Below are positions 30,466 to 32,000 of a stretch of DNA of 32,000 nt, piece by piece. This DNA comes from Prochlorococcus marinus subsp. pastoris str. CCMP1986. Lineage in GTDB: Bacteria; Cyanobacteriota; Cyanobacteriia; PCC-6307; Cyanobiaceae. The notes beneath the pieces were generated by a model. That model saw only the letters and a program-made list of their open reading frames with translations, searched no databases and was not told the DNA's origin. Location: assembly GCF_000011465.1 (NCBI RefSeq), contig NC_005072.1:210001-242000 (forward strand). Direction: 5' to 3'. How positions within the stretch are numbered: position 1 is the stretch's first letter; the number at the start of each line of letters is the position of its first letter. The position numbers were made by a program, and so were the translations under genes.

Positions 30466-30903
30466 ATGTCTAGAGTTATAACTATTGATCCGGGGATATC
30501 GAAATGTGGAGTGATAATAGCTGATATCAAAGAAAAAAAAGTTTACGAAGCAGTAGTTATTAAAAGTCATCTACTTTTGCAATATGTTAAAAAAAAATAT
30601 CAGAGCGGAAAAAACGTTCAGTTGTTAATTGGCAATGGAACAAGTAGTAAAAATTACATAAAATATTTAAATCAATTTGAGCCTGATTTGATTATTGCTG
30701 AAGAAAAAAATTCAACTTATAGGGCTAAACAAAGATATTTTGAAATTTTTCCATTAACAGGCATAAAATGTTTTTTACCAAGAGAGATATTTATTTTGAA
30801 TAAAAATTTAGATGCATTAGCTGCGTTAATTATTATGGAAGATTATTTCAAAATTAAATTTGATGTAAGTGTAAAACTTAAGACTAAAACTTGGCTGAAA
30901 TAA
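30466..30903 (+). CDS. RNase H-like fold protein (RuvC/YqgF-like), conserved hypothetical
   Basis: ITIDPGISKCGVIIADI, LIIAEEKNSTYRAKQRYFEIFPLTG, and a late acidic residue in NLDALAALIIMEDY, resembling the RuvC/YqgF arrangement. Confidence 0.6.
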   Translation: MSRVITIDPGISKCGVIIADIKEKKVYEAVVIKSHLLLQYVKKKYQSGKNVQLLIGNGTSSKNYIKYLNQFEPDLIIAEEKNSTYRAKQRYFEIFPLTGIKCFLPREIFILNKNLDALAALIIMEDYFKIKFDVSVKLKTKTWLK

Positions 30904-31141
30904 TGAATTTATATTCATTTCCTGCTTCAAGTTCATAATCTTTCTTTAAAAAGAATCTCAATAATGAATCTTGAATTAATGCTCTTCCTAAAGGGGGGGT
31001 TACAAACAAAACTCCTTTTCCAAATGACCATGTGAAGGTCCACTTGAAATCGCTTGCTTCCACAACTCCTTTTACTTCTTTTTTGGTGAAACAATACTCT
31101 TTAACACTTACATGTGCAGTTGTCTCAGGCTTTGCTTTCAT
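30884..31141 (-). CDS. DUF3146-like conserved cyanobacterial protein
   Basis: TTAHVSVKEYCFTKKEVKGVVEASDFKWTFTWSFGKGVLFVTPPLGRALIQDSLLRFF. Family assigned from recalled pattern. Confidence 0.65.
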   Translation of the reverse strand: MKAKPETTAHVSVKEYCFTKKEVKGVVEASDFKWTFTWSFGKGVLFVTPPLGRALIQDSLLRFFLKKDYELEAGNEYKFIISAKF

Positions 31142-31753
31142 TTATAAATTTTCTTCTCTATGGAAGGAATTTAATTCACTAATAATATAATCTTCATTTT
31201 TATCATTTAGTTCTATGAGTGATTCGATTAATTTTTTATAAACTCTATCCAAAGTTAAACTTTCTTTTGAAGATATATTTCCTAAGACATGGGAAATAGT
31301 ATTGAGGGTTTTCTTTCTTTCATTAACGGGTGGGGACCCTATACCTATTTTTATTCTATTAAAATTTTCAGTCTGCAATTTATTAATGATATCTTTAATT
31401 CCGTTATGTCCTCCAGAACTTCCTTTTTTCCTAAATCTAATTTTACCCAGGGGTAGATCAATATCATCAACTATTATAAAAAGACGATCCAAATCTATTT
31501 TGTACCAGTCCACTATCGCCCTTACAGCATTTCCACTGTTATTCATAAAAGTGTTCGGCATAAATAATCTATAAGTAAAATTATTTATTTTGAATTCTGA
31601 ATACCAACTTTTAAGCTTATTTTTCAAAGTAAATTTAGAATCGTATTTTTCAGAAAAATTTTCAAGTAGTAAAAAACCAATATTATGTCGATTTTGAATA
31701 TATTCTTTACCAGGATTGCCCAAACCAATTATAAATTTCTCATTATTGTTCAT
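31142..31753 (-). CDS. pth: Peptidyl-tRNA hydrolase
   Basis: IIGLGNPGKEYIQNRHNIGFLLLENF, MPNTFMNNSGNAV, VDDIDLPLGKIRFRKKGSSGGHNGIKDI. Confidence 0.97.
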   Translation of the reverse strand: MNNNEKFIIGLGNPGKEYIQNRHNIGFLLLENFSEKYDSKFTLKNKLKSWYSEFKINNFTYRLFMPNTFMNNSGNAVRAIVDWYKIDLDRLFIIVDDIDLPLGKIRFRKKGSSGGHNGIKDIINKLQTENFNRIKIGIGSPPVNERKKTLNTISHVLGNISSKESLTLDRVYKKLIESLIELNDKNEDYIISELNSFHREENL

Positions 31754-31940
31754 AATTATAATTTCATATGTAAATTTTTATAAATTATAAAATAGAAACA
31801 TAACAAGGGTTTTTAATTGTGAATGAGAACACAAAATAAAGATTTTTATTTTCTTATTTATGAAATTATTAATTTTTACCTATTTAAAAAATTTTATATA
31901 ATATTAATTTAATTACTCTACAAAAATAATTTAAAGAAGT

Positions 31941-32000
31941 TTAATTTCCATTCCAATCGACTGAGAATCCCTGAAGGAGTAAAGATTGATTATAAATTTG
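31941..32000 (-). CDS. psbH: C-terminal fragment of photosystem II protein PsbH
   Basis: Minus-strand translation from the window edge: QIYNQSLLLQGFSVDWNGN*, the typical cyanobacterial PsbH C-terminus. Not in the ORF track. Confidence 0.9.
   Translation of the reverse strand, partial: QIYNQSLLLQGFSVDWNGN

Noticed and set aside
19890-31574. ORFs 19890-20150 (-), 25260-25442 (+), 26338-26646 (-), 27857-28099 (+), 29745-29972 (-), 31302-31574 (+)
   Set aside because: All lie opposite credible genes and have no recognisable motifs; most likely spurious.
1-32000. Search for a defence island, prophage, integron, retron or other novel multigene system
   Set aside because: Apart from a few short conserved proteins of unknown function, the genes look like core picocyanobacterial functions, and the tRNA-Leu has no adjacent integrase or attachment-site repeat.

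Overview
This window looks like a stretch of ordinary core chromosome from a low-G+C marine picocyanobacterium, most likely Prochlorococcus. That call rests on gene content and codon usage; no database was searched. It carries photosynthesis genes (psbA, psbO, psbH C-terminus, crtR, CP12), housekeeping genes (mutS2, obgE, aroC, ftsH, sat, coaBC, pyrB, gatC, ileS, trmB, glmM, thyX, dcd, cobO-like, ntcA, pth), several conserved cyanobacterial DUF proteins and one tRNA-Leu(UAG). I found no mobile element, phage module, CRISPR array, defence cassette or other multigene system that looks new. The most useful second-look items are: (1) three recognisable genes (CP12, mpg, crtR) whose conserved reading frames have no ATG/GTG/TTG start upstream of the conserved region, and CP12 is also missing from the supplied ORF track; (2) a (TAAAAAA)n heptanucleotide microsatellite next to a bidirectional terminator between two convergent genes; (3) a CobO/BtuR-like protein with a degenerate P-loop; (4) a KDPG-aldolase-like protein missing a canonical active-site Arg; (5) many convergent gene pairs whose stops abut or overlap; (6) a few candidate RNA or DNA regulatory structures (psbA 5'UTR hairpin, NtcA-like box at ntcA, inverted repeats after ileS).
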